From Octopus bimaculoides (Eukaryota): a stretch of DNA of 64,000 nt. Position numbers and translations under genes: made by a program. The notes beneath the pieces are model-generated. The model was not told the origin of the DNA. It did no database searches and saw only the letters and a list, made by a program, of their open reading frames with translations. Location: assembly GCF_001194135.2 (NCBI RefSeq), contig NC_068987.1, positions 91,696,498 through 91,760,497 of the forward strand. Direction: 5' to 3'. Shown here one piece after another: positions 50,601 through 63,600 of the stretch. Each line of letters opens with the position of its first letter. The first letter of the stretch is position 1.

Positions 50601-52199
50601 ACATGTTTCACAAGTGAGAGGGAAGCAAGAAGAACCATTTATTTCTGTGCAAAAGACAGCTGTTCCTTCTTTTCGGTTAATTAAGGATGTTTCTTTACAA
50701 TATCTATTTATATATCCCTATGATAAACTCTTGGATCATTTTGATTTTATTGTTATTACCTTCTTGTATTGTTTTTATAATTTTTGTATAAATTGTGGTG
50801 TTATGTGTGGTTGTGATGTATTCATTGTGAATAGTGTTTCTCGGTTGGTTTATAATGTTGCATTGTTGTTTGCATATGTGGCCGTGTAGTTGTTGATGCT
50901 AATTGCCGAAATGGTTTGGGGCCGCAATTCATGGACTGGGTTGTCTATTCGTTTGTAATGTCTATTGGTGTTATTCGTGATGGAAAAGTTTGTTATTGTA
51001 CTGGTGTCAGAAATGTGAATGTGTGTCTGTTTGATCCTTTCAGGCCTCATTTGAGCAGCATCTTTCGTGTTCTGTTGTTTTAGTATTTCTTTTCACAAGA
51101 ATATTGTAAGCAGCTTCTCAAAAGCATTTTCCTCGAAAGGCGAGTTTTCGTAGTCAGAAAATCTGTGGGAGGAAGAAGTTGGTTTTCACAATTAAGTATA
51201 AATACAAGGCAAGACATTTGGAGAAATGAATGATAAATATACAAGATTTCACTATTTGACTGGTTCTGTATTTAGTGACAACGAAGACAAAAGGTTTTCG
51301 TAGGATTTGAAGTCAGCAACGAAAAGATCCGTAGGTAATTACCGTAACACATTTCGTCGGGGTCACAAGCGATTAATGTCTTTTCAACAGATCCCTGCAA
51401 TGATAATAAAACAGAACTCACACCAAAAATCGAAACGCAATTACTATCCAATAAAACAACAGAAATCATACACAACACGAATTCTAAAGAAATGAAAAAC
51501 AGAAAAACAGAAAAAAAAAAAATCAGTAGACCAACAAAGAAGAGAAGCAGCCAAAGAAAGGGGATGATTTATACAAACACACCTTACCTGCACAAAATAA
51601 AGTGCTGCACACACCTACGACGAAATGAACCTGAGGGTTCACTAGAAGCATCCATTAAGCTATTGAAAATTGATGATCAGAATAACAATGAAAATTATAA
51701 CATCTTTTGTCTTTCACTAATGTGATAAACGACGAAAATATTTTATAAATACCGCATTGTTTATCAAAAACGATAAAATAAATCTATATATTCTAGCCGT
51801 CATAAAATTCTATTCTGTACCGCATCATCACCTCGGAAGCAACTTCTCTTCCATTCATGAAATTTAATAGTTTTATGTTTCGCTAGTAATACTTCTAGTA
51901 TTATTATATCTGTTGATATTTTCGATGATATTAAAGATGGCGGCGATGTGGATGTTTTTTATTATTCATGTTTTTCGTTTGTTACATTGGGTTTAATGCA
52001 GTTGTTGATGCTTATCTGTGAGATGGGAAATGGTATTGTAGTTGTTTTTACTATCGCTATTGCAATCTCTGCGTGACAATAGATTGGAAGTATTAAATAC
52101 GAAAATGTATTAATAGGACCACACACACACACACACATGAACACACGAACACACACACACACACACACACACACAAATACTCATACATAATCACTCTGT

Positions 52200-52241
<42 letters not shown>

Positions 52242-52296
52242 TGCATACACACATACATACACACACGTACGTATATATTTAAATATGTGTGTGTGT

Positions 52297-52379
<83 letters not shown>

Positions 52380-52795
52380 GGTGGATGTGTATGTTTGCAG
52401 GAGTTGCAAAACAAGAGGTTAAATCAGATAATACAAATATTAGGATGGAATATATAAATAAATATAGACAAACGTAAAACTAAATACAAGGAAAGAAACG
52501 AACGGTGAAAGAAATAATTAATGAAAATCTCTCTCGAAATCATAGTGAGCGGAGGCGCGATTCGACAGGTTATGAAATATGGAGAACTGGATAATATAAA
52601 ATTGGTGCACGACGCCTATTTATGCGTATATAGACATACACTTAAATGCATACATACCCGTACGCATATATGCGCGCGGGTGTGTGTGTGTATAAATAGG
52701 CATACAGCTACATACATTTATATATATGTATATATATATATATGTATGTATATACATATATGTATACATATATATACATACATATATATATATAT

Positions 52796-52833
<38 letters not shown>

Positions 52834-52912
52834 AGACATGTATACATTTATATGTATTTGTTGATATATATGTTTGTATACATATCTATCTGTCTGTCGC
52901 TTTCTGTTTTTC

Positions 52913-52957
<45 letters not shown>

Positions 52958-53541
52958 TCATATATTTTATGTATATCTCTATGTAGAGAGCTCTCTATAT
53001 GTGTGTTTGTGTATGCCTGTGGTTCATACTTTAGCATTGTATGTGTGCATTTATGGTAAGAAAAATGAAAACGTAGCATCCACATGAGTGTTTATCTCTA
53101 AACGAAATTAAAATTTACAATATATAGAATAAACAAAATCCGTAGATAGATTTTTACTCTGTTAATGTAAACCATTAATATAATTATTAAGTAAAATGTC
53201 ATTATTGCTAATAAAAATGATTTTTAAAAAATCAAACAAAACAGTATGATCAATATAAAACGAAAAAGAAGTGTGCAAGTCACGATATAAAAAACAAGAA
53301 CAAAAACATGATCATTTCAAAACTCTGTTATTGAGAATGACATTATAATAATCCACGTAATACAAAACAAGAATTTACCAACAAAAAGTCTGAATCAGTA
53401 AAACTCATTTGGAACGTAATCGCCAATAAATAAAAATGGCGTAATAGAAATCATAATAGTATTGTTTGCAAATTTCTGGAGTTGTGATTTGTGCACACGA
53501 GAGAAACAATTAGAAGCGCTGTTACTGTTATTGTTGTAATT

Positions 53542-53573
<32 letters not shown>

Positions 53574-53575
53574 AA

Positions 53576-53780
53576 GGCGGTGAGCTGGCCGAATCGTTAG
53601 CACGCTGTGTAAAACGTTCCGTCTTTAAGTCTTGAGTTCAAATTCTGCTTAGGTCGACATTGCATTTTATCCTTTCGGGGTCGATGAAACAGGTACCACT
53701 CAAGTGCTGGGGTCGATGTAATCGACTAGTCACCTTCCCCCAAATTTCTGGCCTTGTGCGCCTATAGGTGAAAGAACAGT
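53576..53780 (+). mobile_element. SINE family A
   Basis: GGCGGTGAGCTGGCCGAATCGTTAGC head, GAGTTCAAATTC B box, TTTCGGGGTCGATGAAA core. Directly follows (GTT)n. Confidence 0.9.
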
Positions 53781-54559
53781 CACTGCTTTTGTTTTTGTTG
53801 TTTGTGGTGGATATTTCTGCTATATCGGTTCTCGACGGTTTGCTAAATTTTGTTGAAATCAATTCTTTTCACTGTTTTCAGTTTTGTTAAAACGTTGAGT
53901 AAGGTCTCCACCCTTCAGTCTACATTGGATTAAAAAGGAGGAGTGCCGAATTGTGACTCAGAACTGTAATCGTCGTCTGATTTGTTCTATATTGGAATTG
54001 CAGCCATTTTAGCGTCTGCTGTCAAAGGCAGCAGGATGATGAACGACTCCTAAGACCAACAATCCCACTGGAGAAAGTTACTCCACATTTCCGTCGGAAT
54101 ATTACAGCTGATCCGGGTGGCTGTAGGAACAGTGCATGCACAAGAACAACAACTACAAAGGCAACAAGAAAAACAACAATAATGGTAATGGTAGGGAAGA
54201 GGGTAGCAATAATAAGGGCGCATTTTTTAACACTGAGAACATCAAAACAACTGTCAGCAACAACAACAGCATCAACTGGTGTAGTAACAATAAAAAAACA
54301 AGGACAAAATCAGCAACAAAATTAATAACGACGACATAGTGATGAGAGTGACCCCCCCCCCACCGGCAGGCAATCATGTTGCGATGGCAGCGAAATGTGC
54401 ATAATACCTATGGATAAGCCTAAACGACAAGGTGACATCACACAGGAGGCATAACTTGTTAAAGTGGATGTGAACAGAACATCAGTTGCCATCCCTGTCG
54501 AGTTTTTAGTGGAAAGTATCCGAAAGACTATGTTGTATCACTGTATGTTGGCTTTACCC

Positions 54560-55360
54560 GACGCTTAGAAGCTACAACACATGAAAGTGTCCTGAGATAA
54601 GTAGGGTCAGATATAAATCATGTGAATTGCGCAAGGCAGTTCAGGAGCGTAGAACTCTTCCGCAAGAGCAAACCCATAATACCTTCCGTAATTTCGATAT
54701 ATGACAAGAACATCATCTATCAAACATATATGTGGATAAGGACCTGAACACCACCTGGGATAAACATCTCGTGACTGTTGTCCTGTGTGGTTGTGAAAGG
54801 TAGTGACACTTCTTTCGAAGTCAGATGGAGAAGGAGTTTTGGTTTGGGATCACAATGGTGATCATCCACCACATCAGTGAGGAGGATGTGTAAAATACCA
54901 GAAACTTTATCCCTCCTACAAATAGCGTGGGCCTGCATCTTGCAGTAGAAGACCAAAAGCTAAGACACCACTTGTATGGTACGGAGGGACACATCAGGGC
55001 ATTTTGTCTTCAGCAAAAAAAAAAAATGACAAAAAGAAAAGGGAATAATGTCCCCAATGATTGTGAAGACTTCGCAATTTGTGAAGCCTTAGTCATTTAC
55101 GTTGACCACTGAAAAACATCGCTGTAAGTTGCAGCGGTCCAGCTTCTGAAGACGGTGGTGCCTACAAACGAAGGTTTTCAGAGAGACGAAGAATATATGG
55201 AACACAAATCTAAGAAACTTTCCTGTGGTAATTGGTTCACTTGACGAAGCACTCCTGCCGTCTCAGAGTAAAGTGCTATCAGGTATTCTATAAGAATCCT
55301 AAGAAAGTTCTTTAGATTTGATGAGACTTGTCACTACATCTCAGCATGACACCCTTACTA
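54560..55360 (+). mobile_element. Older, heavily decayed R4/Dong-like 3' region (zinc knuckle and RLE)
   Basis: Pieces KSDGEGVLV (cf. KSETEGFL), RMCKIPETLS, LAVEDQKLRH (cf. LA..EYK.RHD) and ETKNIWN...FPVVIGSL. Ends at (TAA)n. Confidence 0.55.
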
Positions 55361-55367
55361 AATAAAT

Positions 55368-55450
<83 letters not shown>
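55368..55450. repeat. (AAT)n microsatellite
   Basis: Directly visible. Confidence 0.97.
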
Positions 55451-55451
<1 letters not shown>

Positions 55452-55870
55452 TTGTATGAGACCATGAGGTAGAGAATAGAAAGCCAGACATGGTCTTAAT
55501 TGACAAAGAAAGCAAACTATGCAGGATCATAGATAAAGCATGCCCATCTGACAACAATGTATGGGATAAGGAAGAAAGTCGATAGATATGACAGGTTAGC
55601 TTGGGAGGTTAAGCAGTTGTAGTCGAGGAAAAAGGTGGTAGTAGTACCAATAATTGTTGGAGCCCTAGGAACAGTGAGTAAAAATCTCGAGAAGTACGTG
55701 GAACAAATAGGGGCTGCAATAGGAGTGGAGCACTTGCAGAAAACAGCACTGCTTGGAACCACTCGAATACTTCGGATGGTGCTCGAAAAATAAGAAGTGT
55801 TACCTTAGTTCACTGGTAGTGAACAGCTGACACCGTAGGACATCTCCAGCATTAGAAGCTGTGCAAAGGC
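55451..55870 (+). mobile_element. R4/Dong-clade RLE domain plus 3' UTR, 5'-truncated
   Basis: DHEVENRKPDMVLIDKESKLCRIIDKACPSDNNV is the PD..D RLE motif, followed by VPIIVGALGTV and LQKTALLGTTRILRMVLEK* (stop at 55791-55793). Same subfamily as 39522-39822. Confidence 0.92.
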
Positions 55871-55885
55871 AATAATAATAATAAT

Positions 55886-55919
<34 letters not shown>

Positions 55920-55929
55920 NNNNNNNNNN

Positions 55930-55967
<38 letters not shown>

Positions 55968-56707
55968 CTTTGGCACGGCCAGAATGATCTGGGAAGTATT
56001 TCATAGCTGAAAAGAACAGACAGAATGGCACTGTAGGCAGCAGGTAGTAAGCCCGCTATGCATACAAGACTGCAGGAGTTCCAACAAAACCAGGGACAAA
56101 AAGAAGTAATGATGATGATGATGAGGATGAGGATGATGATGATGATGACGACGATGATGAGGATGACGATGATGATGATGATGATGGTGCTAAAATAATG
56201 ATGATGTTGATTACGATGATGATAATAATAATTGTAACGATAACAACAACAATAAAAAATATATACATAACGAAACTCTAGAAAGTCTAGAAAATAAAAA
56301 TGGTAGAAGGGTCTTGACTTTAGGAATATATTTTATTTCTAATTCGTTTATGAGAAAAATTTATTTGAATATATCGGAAAACAATTCAATTATAATTATT
56401 GATAAATACCTGTCCATCGAGAAATGTGGAATTTTATATTCTTTACCAGGAATTAATATTTAGTATTTATATATTGGTTCAGGTTCTATTATAACAAATG
56501 TGTCTTTTTTTATGTTTTGGGTTGTTTTGCTTATTAATTTTATTTCTTCTATTAGTTTTTTTGTCGTTGCTAAACTGTTGTTGGTATTGTGATAATGATT
56601 GTTTACTAATTGTTTTGATTTTAATAGCTTTTGGCAAATTCCTATAAATTCAAAAAGTCTCTTCGAGTAGTGGTACTTTGGAAAATTAAATTAAACGCTG
56701 TTTGCAG

Positions 56708-56867
56708 ATGATTGTACTACTAGATACAAACGCAAAGCAGATTCAGACATATACGTATGCTGACATCACTCACACAGTTACTCAGTTCTCACTAGAACCT
56801 GTCCTCTTCTACCATGTAGACCACAGAACAGTAACCTTCACAAGCTGCTTTGAACGTCTCATTTGCG
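56708..56867 (+). CDS. Candidate exon of unknown protein
   Basis: TGTTTGCAG acceptor and G|GTAAGC donor, 160 nt, open in frame 0 (MIVLLDTNAKQ...CFERLIC). No homology recognised. Confidence 0.15.
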
Positions 56868-57534
56868 GTAAGCAAAACCGTCTTTACAGATCTAAGTATT
56901 TCACCTTGTAATCAGCCAACGCTGTGGTTTTGAACCTTTGCCTATGCTGACTGATTATTAAATTACGTAATTAGTCAATGACCTCTATGTTACTTTCCTG
57001 CAAAATTTTAATTACTTCTATCTCATTAATTCGTTAACGGCGAAGAACTTTGTATGAAAATATTTCTACACTTCTTATATAAAGGTATTCTTGGTATAAA
57101 CAACTAAAACTAAATTAAACAATATTCTAGATGATTCTGTAGATGGTTTTTATATATTAGTCTCTGCATTGACGAGGCATGCTTGTCAAGGACCGAATGC
57201 CTCTCGATTGACTGCAGAATTTGTAGATAGTATTTATCATCGGCATTGAGCAAAATGAGTTGTGTATGACTACGAAAGAACAGAGGCAACTTTTAAATCA
57301 AACTTAATTCTGTACCGTACATGAGGTATCAGGTTTATGAAGGTAACGTAAATCGGTATACATAACAAACGTTTCAATATTATGCAGCTTGGGACAAACA
57401 ATCGTTATACGACTTGATTCCGAGAGTTATGGGGTAACACGCAGTGAATTTGGTTACGACATCTTCTTCTCTCCCTCTGTGTGTTTCTCTCACCCTCTCT
57501 CCTGTATATATTACATATTACATACATTTTTTCA

Positions 57535-57728
57535 TGCAGGATATAAGCGAGTTGAGCCAAAACGTCCTACAAGTGTAGTGAGTGAGGGTGGGGGCTTTGT
57601 GTGCAGCATTTGCAGGCGTGTATGTCCATCAAGAGCTGGACTCATCAGTCACCAAGTTTGATTTTGTCTGAGTGCACACTGTTCGTAATGGTCAGTGATG
57701 GTCTTTCTCAGATACGAGTGGACAACCG

Positions 57729-57730
<2 letters not shown>
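57535..57730 (+). mobile_element. RTE-type LINE 3' end with C2H2-like motif
   Basis: [21 protein letters not shown], a short 3' UTR, then directly a (TCTA)n tail. Confidence 0.75.
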
Positions 57731-57795
<65 letters not shown>

Positions 57796-57836
57796 GTCTG
57801 TCTGTCTGTCTGTCTGTCTGTTTATCTGTGTGTCTG

Positions 57837-57900
<64 letters not shown>

Positions 57901-57960
57901 CCTACCTACCTACCTACCTATCTATCTATCTATATATTTATCTATGTATCTATCTATCTG
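57729..57960. repeat. (TATC)n/(TGTC)n/(TACC)n tetranucleotide array
   Basis: Directly visible. Confidence 0.97.
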
Positions 57961-58034
57961 CATTCCCCCCCTCTCTCTATACAAACACGCACGCATGCAC
58001 ACACCGAGACAGACAGACACACACAGACACTATG

Positions 58035-59128
58035 TTGAATATGCGCTCCACCTGAGATACGGCACTCGTCAAATCGGTAGTCCAGCTCTTCTCAAACACG
58101 CTTGGGTAGCAGTCTTCAGGCCTCTAGGTTTGCAGGAAGAGGAGGGACATAGACCAGGCCCTTCACATCGCTCCAGAGAAAACAAATCGCAAGGTGTCAG
58201 GTCAGGTGCAAGTAGGGGCCATTTCAAAAGCACATTGTCTTCATCACCAGCCTGCATGATCCATCTCGCTCGCAGATTGTCATTGAGATAAGCCCGCACA
58301 GTGGGCTACCAGTGAGGTTGAGCCCTGTCCTGTTGAAAAATGAAGTCTTCATGTTCATTTGCAATGAACTCATCCATTAGCCAGTTCTGAAGCATTTGCA
58401 GATAAACATCGCCGGTAACATTTCCCTCAAAATAAATCGGGCAATGTAGACGCTTCATGGAGATAGCGCAGAACCCATTCATTTCGGTGAGTCCCTCTCA
58501 TGCTCAACTGTGGCATTTTCTTCGCCCTAAATGCAGACATTATGCTTATTGACTGCCATTCGTATGAAATGTAGCCTCGTCACTGAAAAGTAGATGTTCA
58601 TTGAACTCGGCTTCTTCAAGTTTCTCTTGCATATCAACACAGACTGGTTTGCGCTTTCATTTGTCATCTGCCGTTATGATCTGAACGAGCTGCTGTGCAA
58701 CTTGTAGAGTTTCAATAGCAAGTGTTTCCTCAGGACTTGTTCTTCTTATGGACTTTTTGGTGCCTCGCAAGAGTTTTTGGGGAACCCGCTCGATGTTAGT
58801 GATCGTCCAGATCCTTTTGCCCTGCAACGACAGCCTTAACCTTTGAATTCTTTTGTGACATGTCCAAATTTGGAACTTTTCGAGAACACTCTCACATAAT
58901 GCATGCTGCACAATCTTGTTCGAATGTGTTTGAGCATACTCCATCACAAAACGCCTTTTCTCTTCCAGTGAATACCATTTCTATACCTGAAAATATAAAC
59001 ATATCAAACATTAAGCATAAAATTTTGACCTGTTTCTACGCATATCGTTAAAATTTGAAGTCATTTGTACAAGAACTGGTAAAGTTATTAGATTGCGAAA
59101 TGATATCAATTCTTTTTGAAACACCCTG
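58035..59128 (-). mobile_element. Tc1/mariner rosa-related transposon with decayed transposase, D46D spacing
   Basis: TA|CAGGGTGTTTCAAAAAG left end at 59128. Translated motifs [43 protein letters not shown] and C-terminal GGAHIQH. No right TIR seen. Confidence 0.9.
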
Positions 59129-59160
<32 letters not shown>

Positions 59161-59209
59161 TGTATGTATGTATGTATGTATGTATGTATGTATGTATNNN
59201 NNNNNNNNN

Positions 59210-59273
<64 letters not shown>

Positions 59274-59494
59274 TGCATATATATGAAATATATATTTATA
59301 TATATACATATATATGAAATATATATTCATATATATACATATATATATACATATATATCTATATATAAGTGTGTGTGTGTGCTTGAGTGTACATATATAC
59401 AAACATATATACATATATGCATATGTATACCTGTCTATCTGTTTATCTATCTTTGTTTCAAATTTTGTCACAATGCTAAAAATATCTGGAGAAA

Positions 59495-59620
59495 GGGTAA
59501 GTCTGTTCCGCTCACCCCAGTATTCAACTGGTACTTATTTTATTGAACCCGAAAGGATGAAAACGAAATGTGAAGAATTTGAACTTGGAAGAGAAAGATT
59601 ACGAAATACTGCTTCAAAAA
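59495..59620 (-). mobile_element. Degenerate SINE family A
   Basis: CCCCAGTATTCAACTGGTACTTATTTTATTGAACCCGAAAGGATGAAA is the family A core in reverse. Confidence 0.7.
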
Positions 59621-60133
59621 TGCATATATCATTACTATAGAAATTGTTCGAAAAAACCGATTTAGATTTATTTATAAACAAAATTGATAATTAAAAAGCA
59701 ATGACTTTTCTAATTTCCCTCCAATCAATCATACTGTCAGTCTTTTACATTGTACTGATTATAATTAATATCGTTTATAATGATTTACCATGAATAATAA
59801 ATCAATTGGCTGAATAGTCTTGAAATACTGTTGTCTTAACATTTCACTATAAAATTCAATAGTGTCCATTTCTGAGGCATTTTCTGTTTATTAAAACGGA
59901 AACGTATCTGTTTTGTTATCTCGGCTGAAAATATGGAGAATATTGGCAGAAATATCAGGAATTTTGTCGCAATGGTTATTGTTATAACTAGTTTGTGCTA
60001 ACTGTTGTGTAATCAGGAGATTATATTCAAGGATGGTTAGGAGTTTTGTAGACCAAACACAAAATGTTTGTGTTTGTTCCTAATATTGTTGGCTGCAGAC
60101 AATCTTTTTTCTTTTATGTTTCTTTAGTAAAGA

Positions 60134-61509
60134 TTAGCAGAAATACCCGGCTTTGCCCGGGTTAAAGAGAATAATGAAATCTAAAAACGCCGTCTAGACT
60201 ACGCAACCCTCAACTGTTAGTAGCTACGATACCATATTTCTACATTAATAACTCTCCAATCCATACCAGCATGGAACATAGACATTAAGTGGAATGCCAG
60301 TCTCTCATCAAGGAGGGCCTTGAAATCGATGTTACCAACTGGGGACTATGTGTGTCGTAGTGATAATAAAAAGACCCAAAGGAGGTCTGCAACGAAATAA
60401 TTTTACTCAACACTTNNNNNNNNNNNNNNNNNNNNNNNNNNNNNNNNNNNNNNNNNNNNNNNNNNNNNNNNNNNNNNNNNNNNNNNNNNNNNNNNNNNNN
60501 NNNNNNNNNNNNNNNNNNNNNNNNNNNNNNNNNNNNNNNNNNNNNNNNNNNNNNNNNNNNNNNNNNNNNNNNNNNNNNNNNNNNNNNNNNNNNNNNNNNN
60601 NNNNNNNNNNNNNNNNNNNNNNNNNNNNNNNNNNNNNNNNNNNNNNNNNNNNNNNNNNNNNNNNNNNNNNNNNNNNNNNNNNNNNNNNNNNNNNNNNNNN
60701 NNNNNNNNNNNNNNNNNNNNNNNNNNNNNNNNNNNNNNNNNNNNNNNNNNNNNNNNNNNNNNNNNNNNNNNNNNNNNNNNNNNNNNNNNNNNNNNNNNNN
60801 NNNNNNNNNNNNNNNNNNNNNNNNNNNNNNNNNNNNNNNNNNNNNNNNNNNNNNNNNNNNNNNNNNNNNNNNNNNNNNNNNNNNNNNNNNNNNNNNNNNN
60901 NNNNNNNNNNNNNNNNNNNNNNNNNNNNNNNNNNNNNNNNNNNNNNNNNNNNNNNNNNNNNNNNNNNNNNNNNNNNNNNNNNNNNNNNNNNNNNNNNNNN
61001 NNNNNNNNNNNNNNNNNNNNNNNNNNNNNNNNNNNNNNNNNNNNNNNNNNNNNNNNNNNNNNNNNNNNNNNNNNNNNNNNNNNNNNNNNNNNNNNNNNNN
61101 NNNNNNNNNNNNNNNNNNNNNNNNNNNNNNNNNNNNNNNNNNNNNNNNNNNNNNNNNTCTCTCTTTCTCTCTTTCTCTCTTTCTCTCTCTCTCTCTCTGA
61201 AAGTATCTGTCATTACAGTATCGAAATGTGATTGTTTCAGTTAGTAGAATAGTTTCATTTTTAAAGTGAAAGTATTTGACATGAGTGTTTTTGTTTCACT
61301 TTTGACACGTAATACTTAAATAGTGGAGGAGATATTATGTTGCCGTGGGCTCGAACTCTGCAAGAAGTTAAAATTGTTTTTGACTAAAACACAACTGGAA
61401 CCCTAAGTAAGGCATCTGTAAAATTTGAATGAAATTGGTTGCGTAGTTCTCGAGTTTTAGGGATTCACACAGACAGACGGACACACATTCTCATTTTTAT
61501 ATATATAGA
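60134..61509 (-). mobile_element. Non-autonomous Helitron spanning an N gap
   Basis: On the minus strand: A|TCTATATATATAAAAATG at 61509, subterminal hairpin ACCCGG-(6 nt)-CCGGGT at 60145-60162, and 3' CTAA|T (CTRR) at 60137-60134. Inserted between A and T with no TSD. Confidence 0.8.
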
Positions 61510-62239
61510 TTTCTCTGATAGACGAATCGTTATCCGTTTAGGTTGACATATGAAGGAGCATCTTATAATTAAGAATGTAGTTTTATTTTCCATCATTAAC
61601 TAAGTATGTCGGGTAAAAGACTCAGTAAGAACCTTCTTTCTGGGTCGTACTTAAAAAGTACATAGAGATATTAGTTGTTTACACGGAAGCCAATAAGCAA
61701 CTAAACAATGAATATCTGGTAGTGAGTTGGTAATTTGTATCCTTATCAAATTTTTACGTTAGAAAATGGCGGCTATGTATTCCGAACTATTTTGTTTATA
61801 CGATATTCAGGGGAAAAGAAAACATTCTCTCTCGTCTTAAAAAAAAAAAAAGACTATAACAGTTAAGAAGTAAAAAATACATCGCATCAACAAAAATGCA
61901 GCCTCCAAAAGCAAATATCAACAAGTCTAAATATCGGTGACAGTGGAAGGGAGACAACTATCTGCAATCCTATTGTAAACCTCGCGAAAGTTGCTACAAC
62001 AGCCTTAACTGCTACTAATTCGGCAGACAAAACAACTACTGGAGCCAGAACCATTGCCTCTGCTGTTCTACTATCTTGAGCCATTCCTGCTTTATTCATG
62101 ATAAAGTTCTCAAAGTAACCATACATACGAGTGCGAATCTGTTTGTGCGCTGTTCTGCATAGAGAACTCCGCATTCTGAGAAGATATGTTGAGATTGAGT
62201 GTAAAGTTCAATATTAAACGATCATTTCATTTCGTCCGT

Positions 62240-62365
62240 CCAAATGTTCTGAGTTGAAATTTCGCCGAGATCGACTTAGCCTTTCATGCTTCCGTCTGGG
62301 GCCGATTTAATCGACTTAATCCTTCTCCCAAGCCTGCTGGCCTTGTGCCACAATTTGAAACTAAT
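62240..62365 (+). mobile_element. SINE family A, partial
   Basis: GTTCTGAGTTGAAATTTCGCCGAGATCGACTTAGCCTTTCAT...GGCCTTGTGCCACAATTTGAAAC. Confidence 0.75.
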
Positions 62366-63189
62366 ATTAAATGATCATGGAAATGGGGACTGCATGTTTC
62401 TGTTTCGTTAGTGTCAGGTATTAATTAAGAGATCCTCGTTTGAAATTGTAATCAGGCAGTCAGATTTTTCCTTCCAAATCTTATCTGCTGCCAACTAAGA
62501 AAGTCAAACTTAATTAAATCGTGTTGAGATCCAATGAAAAACTATCGAAGGCAATAATGAATATTCTCATAGAAGCATGCTGTTTCTATAACGATAAATA
62601 TAGAGACGAATTCTTGGACGATGGTTGGGTGTATGCTTGCACGAAAGCGAGAGTCTACGTCTAAGAAGCCGCGGAAAAGAAATGACACTCACAAAATGAC
62701 AAACAAGAACAATTAACATTTTTCTTAATTTCCTTTATTTTCATTTCTTCTTTTTGTTCTCTGATGATCTTAGAATATTTCATTTGTATTACTTGCCTCT
62801 TTATCTTTGCGCTTTAGTGTTGTGTATTTCAGTAAGAAAATATAAAGAGAGCAGGAGTGTGGAGTTTTAGAATGAGAGGAAGAGAGAGTGTATTAAAGGG
62901 AAAGGAAGAGTGAACGAGAAGCAAGGATTTCCTGTGGGTATGTGTGTTTTGCTATTGTTCTGAGTGTAGATGATTGTAATATTTAATCATATGGTTCATT
63001 TCAAGTAATAAGGGGTATTTTTCTTGCTCCTTGCAAACAAGAAGTAAAGACAACCCTGTCAGACGGTTAAAGTAAAATAAACATTTGACTGAATGAGGAC
63101 GCACTATTTATAATTGTTTTTATTAAGGCAGCGGATAGGGCTAAAACACAAGACAACATTGTATTTGATATATCCGTCTATAAGCTGAC

Positions 63190-63600
63190 CCTATGTTATT
63201 AAGTAGGAAGGACACAGGGCTCATTGTCAGGAAAATCAATCACTTTGTTAACCAGGGGCTTGCAATGACATATGAGTTGGTTTTCAGAGCCGACATATCT
63301 TTCAAGGATGTGTGGTCCGGTGAAGCAGTACATATCTGTTCTTCATTGAAACTAAGAATCATGGGAAGAACATCCGGATGCTATAATTTGGACATAAAAA
63401 CAAATTTAACGGCTTTTTGTCCAAAATATTGAAAAGAAAATATTCCAGCAACAAGAGGTCACAGACGAAGGTGGCCCTAATGGAGCAGAAAGCTTGTTAT
63501 AAGAAATCACTTCGCCCACCTTGCCAGTAGATAAGACCAAACAATGATCCATGCCTCAATCGGCAGATGGAATTACAATTACCCACAATAGTAACAGCAT
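63190..63600 (+). mobile_element. Possible Penelope-like GIY-YIG C-terminal remnant
   Basis: Weak similarity only: TYELVF (cf. VVYEF.C), SSLKLRI and PCLNRQMELQLPTI (cf. P.LNR..G..LP). The catalytic YIG is not recognisable. Confidence 0.3.

Noticed and set aside
61887-62174. 95-aa hydrophobic minus-strand ORF
   Set aside because: No recognisable domain. Hydrophobicity is expected from T-rich strand composition, and there is no independent support.
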